Shown in pieces: positions 24,497 to 37,772 of a stretch of DNA of 64,000 bases. How positions within the stretch are numbered: position 1 is the stretch's first letter; each line of letters opens with the position of its first letter. This stretch comes from Paraphysomonas bandaiensis (Eukaryota; Protista; Chrysophyceae). A program made the position numbers and the translations under genes. The notes beneath the pieces are model-generated. The model did no database searches. It saw only the letters and a list, made by a program, of their open reading frames with translations, and was not told the DNA's origin. The DNA lies in NCBI GenBank assembly GCA_965644295.1, contig CBFFRP010000442.1, forward strand, positions 62,001-126,000, given 5' to 3'.

Positions 24497-27400
24497 CTAG
24501 TCTTCGAAATCACTACTATCGGATGCCGTTGAAGGATTGCAACCATCTTCGCGATTCAAAATTCCATATTTCGCAGCAACTTTCCTCCAACGACGACAGC
24601 ACTGATCAGCAGTGCGGCGGCCATCCATATACCCTGCAATAACTGCCCAGCTCGCCCTACCATTAGGTGATGCAGAGTTCATCGCCTGGTATGCCTCATA
24701 TAGCATACGGTCCTCGTCAGCTGACCATTGTCCCAACTTCGTCGAACTATCATACGACTTCAGAGCAGTCTTCCACCTATCTCGACACTGACGAGAAGAT
24801 CGGGTCCCATTGAGGTGATCTACAACTCGAGACCAATTCACACCACTCGCCCCTGCACCACCCTGATAAAGCTGCACCGCTTCCCGTAGTTTTTCATCCT
24901 CCTCTATGCTCCATGCACCAGTTCTTGCCCCTGCTTGTTTGCATTTGAGCGAGTAAGTCCAGTGGTGTCGACACTGCTCCGCCGTGCGCTGATGATTCAT
25001 CGCGTCTGCCACTCGAGCCCAGTCCACGGAGGTCGCCCCCTCTCTACTTTCTTCAGCATGAAGTGCTTCGATTAGACGTTGGTCCTCTTCCGCACTCCAG
25101 GCCCCACTCTTAATCTGTGCACCATCCAACTTATGTGGACAGCTGAGCCAACGGCGCCTGCATTGAGATGACGTACGAGATCCCCCCATAAGACGAGACA
25201 CTGCGGCGAATGATATCGACTCTGATCCCGGATTCTTCTCCTGTAAACTTTTAACCGCGGCTAACAGCTGGGCATCCTCATCAGCATCCCAGACGCCTAC
25301 TCTTACCCCTGTACCCCTGTGCTTCAGATTGCTGCTCCAACGGTGCCGGCATTGCTGCTTACTCCGCTGACCACCCATCATACTCACAACCTTGTTCCAG
25401 TCGATATTGGGAAGCCCGTGTATCTGGGAGTTGGCATCTGACCCAACCTCGTCGAAATGCGATTCCACTGCTTCCATCAATCTCGCGTCTTCCTCAGCAT
25501 CCCATGCTCCCGTTTTGAATGAACCAGGTGCGGGACTGTCCCGGGACCAATGATCGCGACACTCCGTTGCGGTGCGCAGCCCACCCATCAGTGAACTCAC
25601 ATGATTCCAATCAACCTCACCATCAGCCCTACGCGATTCCTCAGCTGCGTCCATCAGCTTCTCCTCCTAACCATATATCACCTTTATACACAATGGAGTG
25701 CAAGGACACAATACATACCTCCTCTCGTGACCACGCTGCTCCCGACTCTGCTATAACAATGGGTCCTCCAGATATTCCATGTTGTGTAGATGAGTCATCA
25801 TGACCAGGAATTGAACCCGATGTCTCAGCAATAGTAAATGCTGTACCGTGATTTAGTTGCTGTGTCGGTTCTAGTGTAGCCACTGGACGCGCCTCCGCCG
25901 CTGCTGCTGCATCAAGAGCAGCCTGCCATCGCATGCTACATTGATCCGCTGTCCGTCCTCCACCAACGTGGCTAGCTACTCCTTCCCAATTCACAAATCC
26001 GCGACCACCTGAGCCGTCCCCTTCAACAGGAGGCGTAAAAAAAAGACTCACGGCACCGTGGTAGAGTCGTTCGTCCTCCTCCACTGACCATTCCCGTTCA
26101 GCTTGTGCTACAGGGGGGGGCGCAGTGGCCAAAGTAAGCGCAGCATCATGCACTCTCACGATCCCTCTCCATCTTCGGCGGCACTGATCTACAGTCCTAT
26201 TCCCACCGAGCATATCCACCACCGCTAACCAATCTATGGATTTATACATGTACCCACTCGAGCTTTGCTTCGTCTGGTCCCCACTACAGGCTTTCACAGC
26301 TTCAGCGAGCTTCACCTCCTCCTCTTGAGTCCAACCCCCTGACTTCATCTCCCCTTTAATTTTGCTGCGGTATCTGAGGGAGTTCCGCCAGTGCAGCCGG
26401 CATTGCGTGGCATTCCGCTCGCCTTTCATGCTAGCACACACTTGATTCCAGTCAACTGACCCATCCTTGTTACGATACTGCTGTACAGCCTCCACCATAT
26501 GCGCGTCCTCCTCAGCTGTCCATGTGCCTGAGCGATGCTGTCCGGAGCCTGAATCCGACCCAAGTGATTTCATATACCGCCATCGGGCTTCACACTGATG
26601 TGCCGATCGGCCGCCCCCCATCTCACGTGATACGGCCTCCCAGTCTCTTTCTTCTTCCTCATCACTATCACTGCAATCACTGTCCCCTTCACTGTCACTG
26701 TCTTGGCAACTGTCGTCAGTCTTCTCACTTTTAACTGCTCTCGTGTCAAATTCCATTCCAATCTGTTCACCGTCCCCATCCCCTTTCCGATCAGCTTCTT
26801 TATTCTCCTCCTCTCGTTTCCGTTCTGTAGACGAGCATATAGATCGTAGAAGTGAGTCCTATGAATCAGTCATAACAACTTCTAATTTGAATCCATGGCA
26901 GTGCAACACCGAGTTACCTCATCTGCAGACCAGGGACCAAGTCGTAAATCTGGATATTTTACTTTTAATGCTTTGTTCCACCGGTTTTTACACTGGGTAG
27001 TACTTCGGTTGCAGCCAGTGGCCTGTGACACAAGAACCCAATTTATTGTGCCACTTGTGGGGTTCTGCATCTCAAAATCAAGGAGAGCCTTCATGAGAGC
27101 GTCATCCTGACCACAGTCATAACAACAGTAGGTACTCCTATGCACAGCACATACCTCTTCCTTCTGCCAAGGGCCCTGTTGGCAACCCAATGAGCCGCTG
27201 CTAAGCATGCTGCTGTATCTGTGTCTGCACTGGTCGTAGCTGCGGGACCCGCCCAGCAGACAGGAGACCTTCGCCCAGTCAATGCTCCCTCTGTAGCCGG
27301 TCCCTTTAAACTGCTCAACACCCTGAAGCAGCAGCCGGTCCTCCTCTGCCGTCCAGAATTTGCTCTTGCGTTGATTCTGCAGATACATCCACCTCTTCTG

Positions 27401-27886
27401 ACAGTCCACTTCACTGACAAGACCCTCTCGACACACAGCAGACACACTCTCACCGACACTCTTCCAGTCGATAAGTGCGATATCGGAGGGGGCCATGCTG
27501 CCGATAGCATTGAGAAGGGCTTTATCCTGTCGAGAGCTTAGTGACGAGTGGGAGTAGCACGTACATATATAACCATGTAGATACACAGGTACACATATGG
27601 GCAGGTACATCTCTATCTCTCATATACCATACCTCTTCTGCGGAAAATGCTCGAACTTTCTCCATCATCGATACCCCACTCGATACAGACGAAGTGTCCG
27701 TGCTGGACACCGCCTGTGTAGCACTACTAGACGCTCTGTGTAACAATGAGACGATTACAAACAAAAATAATATACGAACTCGGCACTTTCACTTCGACTT
27801 TCATTCGAAGATAAGCGAATTTTCTTCGAATTCGCTAATGAGATGACTTCATTATCCCAGGTCCTCTTGTTCGTGAACGAGGACAT
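24497..27886 (-). CDS. Multi-repeat Myb/SANT DNA-binding protein (~13 repeats), multi-exon
   Basis: Repeated W(S/T/D)xEED..L...(I/V)(D/N)W..V...G.R(S/T)..QC..RW units across ORFs 26882..27610, 25641..26756 and 24497..25654. Confidence 0.88.
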
Positions 27887-28349
27887 AATATGACTGATCC
27901 AGACAGAGATGTAGTGTGTCCTGTGGTGCGGGTTGTGGTTTATGACACACGCCACGCCTGCAACCTCGACCTACTCAGCACTATACGGTACATACTACTC
28001 TATGTGTATACATACATACAGTACACACACACCCACACTGCTGCACACAACTACCATACAGCAGAACCCACACACCACACACACCACTCAACAATACTGG
28101 AATACAAATACCGAAATACAACACAGTGCACTGTGGTAGGTATACCATGGTATACATAGGTATACGGCGTATATCGGATATCTCGCTCCATGCAAAGCGG
28201 ATCTTACTGCAGCGAAACCCAAGCAACTCATTAACAGACTAGCGCAGCACACCGCGACATATTTACATAACCCACCCCCGTGTTGTTCTGCGTGTGGACT
28301 GCAACTGAGATGATCCCCTCAAGGTAAGGGTGTGGTTCCGCGTGTTGTT

Positions 28350-29915
28350 ATGCCAGAATCCAGTCCTCCAGACCCCAAACATCGCAATCAATCTCAACAA
28401 GAGGCTATGGTCAAATCACAGACTATCGATGATGTGCTTGACGATATCGGGCTCTCAAAATTTCATTATATAACTTTTATTTTTTGTGGTTTGAGGTAAC
28501 TGAAAGTGTCGATACAGCATCACTTCATTTATTTTGTCTGCAGTTTTATGGGCATGGCAACTGAAATATTTCTCATGTCGTATTTATCGGAATGTCTTAC
28601 TCAGAATTGGGATCTGACCAGTTCTGAAGAGGCATCTTTGTCTTCAGTTGTTTTTGCTGGTCAGATATTCGGAGCCGTTCTGTGGGGAACCATTGGCGAT
28701 ATCTGTGGCCGCAAAAAGGCATTACTCTATTCTCAGTTGGCAACAGTGGTGAGTGGCTTCGCGACCCAGCTCTCACCGAACTACGTTATACTGACTGTGA
28801 TGCGATTCATTGTGGGTGTGGGTACGGGTGGTCTTATGCTTCCCATCAACTACCTTGCAGAGCTATGTCCCGCGAAGTCCCGTGGCGTTCTGGTATCCTC
28901 CGTTGGTTTCTTTTGGGCGGCTGGCAATATCTACGTTGCTTTATTTGCGTGGGTTTCGCTTCCAACTGATGAATACAGAGGTTGGCGAACACTATCATTC
29001 GTTTGCATGGTACCAATTGCAATGGCTGCGATATGCTCCTTTTATTTCCCGGAAAGTCCCCGTTGGCTGCTGTCTCGTGGACGAGACGGGGAAGCAGTTA
29101 ACGTGCTAAAAGGGATAGCTCAATTGGCGGGTAGTCAACTCGAGCCCTTCAAGTTGGTGGGGGTCATTCCCGGAGGGCAGGAGCGAACACTTGAGAGTGC
29201 CTCTTTGTGGGACCTCTTAGGGCGAGAGTACTGGAACACTAATATCAGAGTATGGATAATATGGTCGTGTGTTGGGTTTAGTTACTACGGCCTAGTTCTT
29301 TTTCTGACACGGGTGTTCGAGAAAGATGACAATGATGATGATGATGATATTTCAGGTAGCAATAGGTGCAAATTCAAGTTCCTGTCTATGTTCATCAGTG
29401 CACTAGCTGAGATCCCTGCAGCTGCTGCCCCACTTGTACTGCTTCATCGATTTGGGCGCAATACACTGCAATCATTTTTTTGTGTGTTGGGGGCACTATC
29501 TTGTATTTGTCTGGGTGTGACACGGAGGGATGCTGGTCGAACATTGTTCGCATTTGTCGGGCGGGCTGTGCTGCGGTCTGCTTTCAATGTGGCAATTGTA
29601 GCTGTGACCGAATTGTATCCTACGCATATGCGCACATTCGCAGCTTGCATGGCAGTATTCATGTCTCGTCTGGGTGCCTTTTTGTCCCCCTATCTGGTGC
29701 TTCGTGATGATGTGTCTGTACTACAAAGCTCATTTGGACTCGCGACTACTTCTCTTGTCATGGGTGCTGTTGCCTTTATGACTCCTGACACTAGAGACAT
29801 GCACCTGGATGAACGTATATCTGAAGTAGATATAAAGGAGCGTTTCAGTAGTATGTCTTTTAGTCGTAACAGTATGGATGTGGGCCTCGTTATTAGAAAC
29901 CCTATTTCAACGTAA
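28350..29915 (+). CDS. MFS transporter, SV2/SVOP-like; 2 exons
   Basis: GTIGDICGRK, RFIVGVG, ELCPAKSRG, PESPRWL, ELYPTHMR; intron 28496-28543. Confidence 0.88.
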
Positions 29916-31968
29916 AGTACGGAATCTGAAAGAAAATTGTCATTTCTGGTAGTTGCCAATCTAGACTATGAATATGTATATTTTCAGTTATTACAATGTT
30001 TTATGCATATGTAGTTGTATATATGATATGATGGGTGTTAGTTGGGTGAACTATCAATACTAAGAAATATCCTATCACCTTTTTAATAAGCGCAACGATG
30101 TCATTCTTATAATAACAGTGTTCAGCTGTGGTCTCTTATCGTAAGTGTAATTGTTGAAAATTGCTCCAGAGGGATATGTGTACTAGCAAGTCATTTGCTT
30201 CCCCACGTGTTGCGTAAGAGTTATGATACAACGTATAGATTTCATAATGAACTTATCCCCAATTCCTTTGTCTTGAAATGTCACTGTTTAACCGGTAGTT
30301 CGTTTCATCAAAAAATCATATCATCTCCGGAAAAGTATAGCATTTTAATACCCCGGAGGTTATACACAACCACAATTATTACAACACCCAACACCCGCCA
30401 ACCTCGATAAACTTCGGCCTTACTAAACGTGACATAATGAGTGTAAGCTGCTATTACTATGGCATAAGCGAAGCAGTCCCTTGTACAGAAATGTCCTAGT
30501 TTTAAAAATTCCTTCGCAGGGATTATTAGAATTTAGTATGTGTGTAACTTCAAGACAATGTACGAGAATACAGTGAAATATGGTGATGTACAAATGCTGT
30601 GATGATACTGAGAAACTGAAATAGTTTGATCTTTCAAGATATATTTGGTAACGAGAGGTTTACATATGTAGGAGATTATGCGTGGAAAAAATGAGATTGT
30701 GTTGTTTGTCACAATTCGTGTAAACGATATTAATTAATCTATCTATAGTCTAACGACAAATTCTCTCTGAGATCTACTAGTTAAGAATGAGCTATTTCCA
30801 ACAGGGATGATGGAGCTTTCAGCTAGTAGCTCGACACCAGCAGCTGGGTATTTGCAATATCATATGTATTATTCTTTGATAATTACTTCATATATTATAC
30901 AGATGACGGAGAAGCACAGGTGGTATACGGTATACATTATCTTCACCAAAAAAGTAGCAACACTGGCAGAATAGAAAATTAGATTACTTTTAGAGATATA
31001 AGATAAATGCGCCAAAACTGTTGAAAAAAGAAACCCAAAATTTAATAACGGGTAGCAATATAATTTAACGTAACATTAAAAAAAAGTGCTGTCCTATAGT
31101 TATATTTAACCACGGGCAATAAGGAGTCTATATCGTCCCGCGCTCAAAATTGTAGCTTATCCTCATGACGTTGAAAAGTTAATATTAGATTGTATAGCTA
31201 TTTGTAGCATGCTTGCTGTATTAAGAAATAGATGTTCCTTGATTAACATTAATAACACAAATGAGAACTCATATAGTTTCAAATGAATGATATGTATACT
31301 GTAAGTGTGATGATAAATGTAAACAGTTGAAGATAAAAGAGAGGCTTCTTATTGACTTATAATTAGCATCATCATCACATTTATATACAGCAGGCTTTAC
31401 CTCTGCAAGTGCACCTGATCGAAAGATGTGTGTATGATACGAAACACACAATATCCTAAGAAGCATGATATGGCTCCAACCCTGAAAGAACTGGGTGCCA
31501 CTGCTCCTAACCACCTATATAGCATCAGATATGGTACTTAAACTCTCCTGTAATATTCTTGAAGTTGTTTCGAAGTCCTGGATATGAAGACAGATCACTT
31601 GCACTGACCTCATTATGATCTTCTACAGCAGTCGAAGGATGGAATATAACCTGGAGTGTTAGATGATCTGCTCTTGATATTTCTCTATAATTGTGTACTA
31701 TAATGAAATCACGTACATTCGACTGTCATTATCATAATGAAGATAGAAGTGAGCTTCTGTTCAACCGAATATTGAAGTTGAATGTCTATATTTGCCCGGT
31801 GCTGATATGAGCGCCCTGTTGAGCCCAAATCAGGTAAAAAAAAGCATTTTTTGAGACAAAATGGGGATAATAGTATATATATTTCGCAGCAGGCAAATTA
31901 TATTATTACTCGTGTTTATTTGTATTCATCGAAATAATTCTATTTTACCAAATGCTACCATACCCTAC

Positions 31969-33333
31969 TTATAATTCAGAATATTTCTTATTTTGTTGTC
32001 GACTCTGTCGCCAATGTAAATATTGAAAAATTCGATCTAATTCTGGAAAAATAGCTTTCCCGAATGCTTCATATGAGTATTGTTGTACCATTTCCTGTCT
32101 AGCCACGAGTCCTTTCCTCATCACCTCCTCTGGATGTAATAGAACGTGTCGCATGAGAAATTGAAGGTGTGCGAGAGATGGTTCTGCCCACTTATGGCCC
32201 GTCCACCCTTGCGCATCTACCAGGCCTTCTACAGCAAGCGGATACCCGTTCCGCTCCGTTAAATATCCAGTTACCCCACTCCAATTGGTGGCAATCACAG
32301 GAGTACCACACGCCATGCTCTCCACGTGAGGGCGACCCCATCCCTCTCCTCTGGAGGGAATAACTAGAACCCCTGAGGCCCTGTACAGTGCTGGCATAGT
32401 TGCTTGAGGTACCTCTGATAGAAGGACTATGCGACGTAGTAACTGCTCTGCAGAACCAGAAGTGAGAAATCCTTCTCTACGCAAAAAATCCTCTGCTTCG
32501 CGTCTGAACTCGGTCGTGGAATGATAAGCGCTGGTCACGACCACCAATAGTACCTCCTCATATGAATCAAGCCCTGAAGTGAATTCGTTAAAGAAAGCTC
32601 GAAGGAGTATATGAACTCCTTTGCGATGCTCCCATTTCCCCACAAAAAGAAAAGTAAAAGTACCCGAAGTAATTACAGGAATTTGGTCAGCCGGAAGCAA
32701 TACATCGAGAACGTGCCCAATAGAATGTCCGGCCCGATGGCGTGTACCAGAATTGCTATCTGGAGAGAAAAACGTCGTGTCAACAGGTTCGGGAACTACA
32801 ACCACTTTGGTAGCATTCACTCCACTCTTAATAAAGGCATCCGCCGAAAATAACGTAGGGACCCATACTTCATCCATGGTATTGAGTCTATCCTGCCAAC
32901 CAGTAGGAATTCGATCTGTCTCAAACATCGTGCGCCCAATTTTATACTTTGCGTTGGCAGGAGGGCATCTTGAGGTATGATAGTGAGGGAATGGAGCATG
33001 CCACGCACCGGGCTCTGAATGACATACTACAACTTCATTAGAAACTGGAGCAATATTCCGCAGTCGCTGTAGCATTGATGCGTCCCCGCTGTCCATATTC
33101 TGGACAAACTTTTCATTGAAAGAATCGCCATGTTGAACAATCCTCAATGAGGTCACGTTAGATAACACATGAGCGAAAGATATCGCCTCAGAGGAGTAAC
33201 CTCCGCCAGAGAAGAACGGAGCGAACCATGCCAGGGCTTGTTTGTGGCTATGGCTGTGGTCATGGATGTGTTGAGGAGTCGCAGCAGAGCAGATGGGAAT
33301 AACAACTGCACATATACACGATAAGAGTATCAT
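31969..33333 (-). CDS. Glycosyltransferase family 4 (group 1) with signal peptide
   Basis: GRTMFETDRIP, DEVWVP, VGKWEHRKG, PSRGEGWGRPHVESMACGTPVIATNWSG (E-x7-E); C-terminal YSEL; start could be slightly upstream (ORF runs to 33393). Confidence 0.88.
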   Translation of the reverse strand: MILLSCICAVVIPICSAATPQHIHDHSHSHKQALAWFAPFFSGGGYSSEAISFAHVLSNVTSLRIVQHGDSFNEKFVQNMDSGDASMLQRLRNIAPVSNEVVVCHSEPGAWHAPFPHYHTSRCPPANAKYKIGRTMFETDRIPTGWQDRLNTMDEVWVPTLFSADAFIKSGVNATKVVVVPEPVDTTFFSPDSNSGTRHRAGHSIGHVLDVLLPADQIPVITSGTFTFLFVGKWEHRKGVHILLRAFFNEFTSGLDSYEEVLLVVVTSAYHSTTEFRREAEDFLRREGFLTSGSAEQLLRRIVLLSEVPQATMPALYRASGVLVIPSRGEGWGRPHVESMACGTPVIATNWSGVTGYLTERNGYPLAVEGLVDAQGWTGHKWAEPSLAHLQFLMRHVLLHPEEVMRKGLVARQEMVQQYSYEAFGKAIFPELDRIFQYLHWRQSRQQNKKYSEL

Positions 33334-33591
33334 CACAATCAACTGACGCCTGATGACTGCTGTACACCGGCACATGCACTCAAAGCAAATCAACCCTCCA
33401 GCACCGCAGCATCATGTCGTACGATATCTTCTCATGCTCTAGCATCACATTCATCACATGAGCTCGAGTCACTGAGACATCTAGACATACTGCTGCTGCT
33501 GCTGTATGCACTGTATATAGATGTATACACAGCCTGCTGCTGATGATGTCTACCAGATGTACCTGCATAGTGTATGTATACAGCTGTACCT

Positions 33592-33666
33592 ATGCATCAT
33601 ACTGCTGTACCTATGCATCATACTGCTGTACCTATGCATCATACTGCTGTACCTATGCATCATACA
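33592..33666. repeat. 21-bp tandem repeat (CTGCTGTACCTATGCATCATA) x~3.5 in divergent intergenic gap
   Basis: Directly visible. Confidence 0.9.
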
Positions 33667-33819
33667 GCACTGGGCGTCGGTTTCAATCATATGACCGTGT
33701 AGTTCACTGCTGCTGCATGACCATACAGCACACTTATTAACGGCGGTCTCTATTGGGTTGTACACTCATTCCTTACACCATCACGTTCTCTTAAGTCCTA
33801 TCATCTGTAGTTTATTATA

Positions 33820-34323
33820 ATGACTGCTGCCCAAGCTCAAGAGGCTCGTGATAGACTCCACGTGCACATGGCGGACATGGTGTCGTTCTTCGAGGAGGGA
33901 GGATGCGAGAAGAAGTCGCTGTCTCTGTTATCATCTGCGCTGGAGTCACATTCTCATTTTGACTTTCTGGAATTAGCAGAAGGCTACAGCAAGTGTATGG
34001 CATTTGTGGACCATGATGCCCTGGCACAAAAACTTGCCACTCTATGGGCAGGAGTTGAACAGTTTTTGCTTCTAGATAAAAAAGCAATCAATCGGAAATT
34101 GCGAGTATTAGAGGAGGACAAGAAGTCAGACCCTGAGGTTATTGCGAAGTTACACGCTAAGAAAGATGCCATTGACCAAGAGTTGGCGAGGGTTCTTATT
34201 CAGATAATTAAGTATAATTTGATCAACTCTGTCCCTGTCAAGCAGTTTTATGACAAGAATTATAATGCAATAGCGGAATATGACAAAAAGAAGGAGAGGG
34301 AAAAAGAACTGTCCGCAAAATGA
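33820..34323 (+). CDS. Hypothetical helical protein (167 aa)
   Basis: ATG-initiated intronless ORF with protein-like composition, divergent from the GT4 gene. Confidence 0.65.
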   Translation: MTAAQAQEARDRLHVHMADMVSFFEEGGCEKKSLSLLSSALESHSHFDFLELAEGYSKCMAFVDHDALAQKLATLWAGVEQFLLLDKKAINRKLRVLEEDKKSDPEVIAKLHAKKDAIDQELARVLIQIIKYNLINSVPVKQFYDKNYNAIAEYDKKKEREKELSAK

Positions 34324-35010
34324 GTTGAGTGTATGTGAATAGTAACTTGTTAGGTATTTTAATTTGAGTGGTGTGATATGTGCTAACGTATAATCATTTA
34401 TGGTACTCCTCTGCCTGTATGCTTCTACGTATTACCTTATGAACCTGCATTGAGATATCTATTTGTCATGATCGCTGGGTATTACCGCATAACCTATTTC
34501 CATACTTATCAGGGAAATTTGATGGATAGTGTAAATTAAACAACTGAACTTTAAACTTACTCAATAAAGATCAATTAATAAACAATTGCGATAGACATCT
34601 CTCTTCATTTATGTCCTAACTGCTGTGTGTTGAGTATTGCTATTTTGAGCAATTAAAAGTTGTATCCCAGTCAATTGAATTATGACAATTAACGACGCAT
34701 GTAATAAGGATATACATCAATTGGATTAGGAAACTGATATACTCTGACTTTATAAGATTGCGATTACCAAAGATACTATGAATTTGATTGGCAGTAGAGA
34801 TAGAGACTGTTAGAATTGAACATTACACTGAAGTTAACCTTACCACACGCGAACTTTACATCTGCTTTGTTGCACACAACGACACAGCGTATTTTCATGG
34901 AAAAACTATAATTATTAATCTCAACAATTCACAACATATTCATGCATGTAACACCTAGTTAACATCTGTTCTCAGAAACATCTGCTTATCATATGATCAC
35001 CAGTCACTCT

Positions 35011-35541
35011 TAGTGAATTTCTTATTACTAGTAATAGGCGTTTAAGATTTAACAGTCCGAACGTCCGAACGTTCGAACTAGTGTAGCAAACAATTTAACC
35101 AAGTAGTGCTTCATACTGATCTACGATATACACTAATAAATTCTACGAAAGCGACTTGTCCGCCACGGTATGTACCAAGGTGCAACCACCTTCGCTCTAT
35201 CACTCAAAGAAAACGTAGTGAGCAAGTGAGCAAGCAGAATGTTTATATACCTGACATCTGCTGACTTCAGGATTTTTGAGTCCTTAAGGTGAGCAGCCCA
35301 GATGCTTGACTTCAGCAGGCAGCCCAATACCCCGGATGCCCTTGAGGTGGGCCATTCCCCGATGCCTGTTTATTTGTCAAGGACCAAAGACGACTACACA
35401 AGTGACACTTATTAGTGTCTCTTGTACCACACAAACATTGGGCAGAACAATATCTGCTGACTGCTGACTATATTTGCGGCTCACTTTACTGTGTCCTGGC
35501 ACTTATCCCCCAGAACACCACGAGAAGGTGCGAGTCCGACA
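35011..35541 (-). mobile_element. SINE-like element with conserved core (family of 10614-11100)
   Basis: Terminus GTGAATTTCTTATTACTAGTAATAGGCG; core 35238-35360; extra homology with ~63708-63745 (CACCAC...AAGGTGCGAGTCCGAC). Confidence 0.65.
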
Positions 35542-35666
35542 AACATTGATAGAGTTAGCGGTTAGGGGATAGTAATTTCTAACAGATCCGCAAAAACTGT
35601 TGCCAATAGATGCACTAATAACTACAATATTGTTAAGCAATAATAGCATTGCAATTACAATAGTAT

Positions 35667-36179
35667 CATAACCACGAACCCTCCAACTATACCCACAGGA
35701 ATATATCACCGTCCCGCAAAAAACCCTCTGTCCCTCGACAACGGCGTCGTCTCCAGCAACTCTACCTATGCCCGAGGCCCAAACGGTGCACTGAGACAGT
35801 GCCACATTCCAACTCTCCACCCACCTCTCAGCCCACACATCTAGCACTCGGTACACTCAGGAACCTACTACAGAACCCGGTACCTCCACAAAGCCCAGTG
35901 GAAACTCATCCCAAGGGGAGACCCCCTGATCACACGCGCCAGTGAGTCCTGGGACACACGATCATGGCGAACCTCACAAGCAACATTAAGAACGGAAGTG
36001 GTCGCACCTTGGTTCTTGCGGCGACACACAAGCAGCTTCTGTAGCGCTAAATAGTAGGATAATAGAGTTTGTGCTAATTAGTTATGGGTAGAGCTCAAAA
36101 TAGTCTGTCTAGCATCAACTAGCCACTACATTGGTGCAGATTTTTAACGCTTATTGCTAAATAACAAGACTTTCAATAT
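35667..36179 (+). mobile_element. Older 5'-truncated copy of the RNase H LINE family
   Basis: Homologous to 23500-24017 with more substitutions; ends AAGACTTTCAATATA; possible 7-bp TSD ATAGTAT. Confidence 0.8.
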
Positions 36180-36225
36180 ATAGTATTATTTTAGCACAAT
36201 TCAGAATTACAATTGGGAAATATTA

Positions 36226-36336
36226 TTCAACCTAGTCAAATTGGTTGAATTACCTAGTCACGCTATTTTTGGTGGAATAACCTAGTCAAAGTAATAAATG
36301 ACTCAACCTAGTCAACTTTGGTATTCAACCTAGTCG
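36226..36336. repeat. Cluster of five ACCTAGTC motifs
   Basis: Five (A/T)ACCTAGTC copies spaced 22-27 bp apart. Confidence 0.75.
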
Positions 36337-36806
36337 TTCTTATATCCATTGATTACACACTGTGACTGTCTAAGATACCATCTCACACCACACAATATAT
36401 TAGTGGCTTACAGAGCATCAAAACAAACACTCAAACATAACAATAAGCTCATATATACATATCTACATAACACAGATGTACGTGTATGTCTATCTAGCCT
36501 ATCTGTAGCATGTATGCATATAGCGATGGGTCCCTGTGAGTGTTATGGGGAGGAGGGTCCATGAAGCTGTGGGTATAACTCACTCTATGATCCGCAGGAC
36601 ATCTTGAGATCTTCATATGCTGGGAGTGATGGCGCTCATCTTCCTTCACTTCAGCACTGAATGACTTCGATTGCTGCATTGGCTTTCAGGGGTGCATAAA
36701 TCTCCCTATTTTTAGTCCAACGAAGAAAAAAAGGAGGTTTTCAGGGAACAAACTTCTAAAAGCAGCATCATTGAAGTGGACTGTAGAGCAGCACCAATCA
36801 GAACAT

Positions 36807-36944
36807 CAGCATCATGAGTGTGTCATCAGTCTTACAGCATCATGAGTGTGTCATCAGTCTTACAGTATCATGAGTGTGTCGTCAGTCTTACAGTATCATG
36901 AGGAGTGTGTCATCAGTCTTACAGCATCATGAGTGTGTCATCAG
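36807..36944. repeat. 28-bp minisatellite (CAGCATCATGAGTGTGTCATCAGTCTTA) x~5
   Basis: Directly visible, no spacers. Confidence 0.9.
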
Positions 36945-37325
36945 ATGAGGGCAATCTAATGAATACGTCGCAATAATAATGTGATTAGACATGCTGTGTC
37001 CTGCCACCTATCAGAGCCAGACGAGTTCAAGATAACAGGACCCATAACCCTAACCCCACAATATATTATTAGTTGGAGATATCATTTCAACTTTGAATAG
37101 CTCGTGTATAATATTCGAAAGCTACGCTGTACAAGAAATAGAGGTACATCAAAAGCAGGAGGTGTGTTCGTCTCGAGCTTACTCGAAATATATATATTCG
37201 TAGATCAATACATAATTAGTCAATAATATTTAATACTGTCCCTAGTACATAGCATACGCGTTCACTAGACGTCTGTATAAAAAAATAAGCATTCGGAATG
37301 TATATGTTCGATCATCTCTCCACAA

Positions 37326-37772
37326 CTATGAACTATCATTGTCATTTTCACTCTCTGAAGATGAACTCGTTGAGCTAGAACTAGAACTAGGAATGCTGTC
37401 GATACCAATACCCTGGTCCTGAGTAGTCCACGGGTCTGCAAGCATACTATTTTTAAAAAAACGATGATCACCGCTTGTATTAGTTGTTTCCTTGGTGGGT
37501 ACATCCAGCACTTGGAGTGCAGGAATGTCCGGTTCAAAATCAATGCATAGTTCTTTCGGGTGCACCTTTCCAGACAACACTTGTTCGCGAGTTAGATCTC
37601 TCCACGGATCTCCTATCATATCACGCTTCAGATAGTTTCTGGAGGCACCACCTCGCCCCGAACGACCCCTGCCGCCACGTCCTCTGTCAGACTGCTGCTC
37701 ACCACGACCGTAGTACGACTTGTTTCCTCCACCCCTACTGTTTCCACGCCCTCTATTATTTCCATAGTTCAT
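37326..37772 (-). CDS. Small RG-rich protein with duplicated MPLKIP/TTDN1-like motif
   Basis: RGG-rich N-terminus; YLKRDMIGDPWRDL and FFKNSMLADPW resemble the MPLKIP family motif. Confidence 0.55.
   Translation of the reverse strand: MNYGNNRGRGNSRGGGNKSYYGRGEQQSDRGRGGRGRSGRGGASRNYLKRDMIGDPWRDLTREQVLSGKVHPKELCIDFEPDIPALQVLDVPTKETTNTSGDHRFFKNSMLADPWTTQDQGIGIDSIPSSSSSSTSSSSESENDNDSS

Noticed and set aside
29916-31968. 2-kb gap with short ORFs
   Set aside because: No recognisable domain, repeat or TE boundary
36807-36944. 28-bp repeat as a CRISPR array or hammerhead (CTGATGA on the minus strand)
   Set aside because: Head-to-tail units without spacers, eukaryotic context, and no GAAA core or stems
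37046-37057. TAACCCTAACCC telomere-like motif (also ~24358)
   Set aside because: Only about two units; chance level
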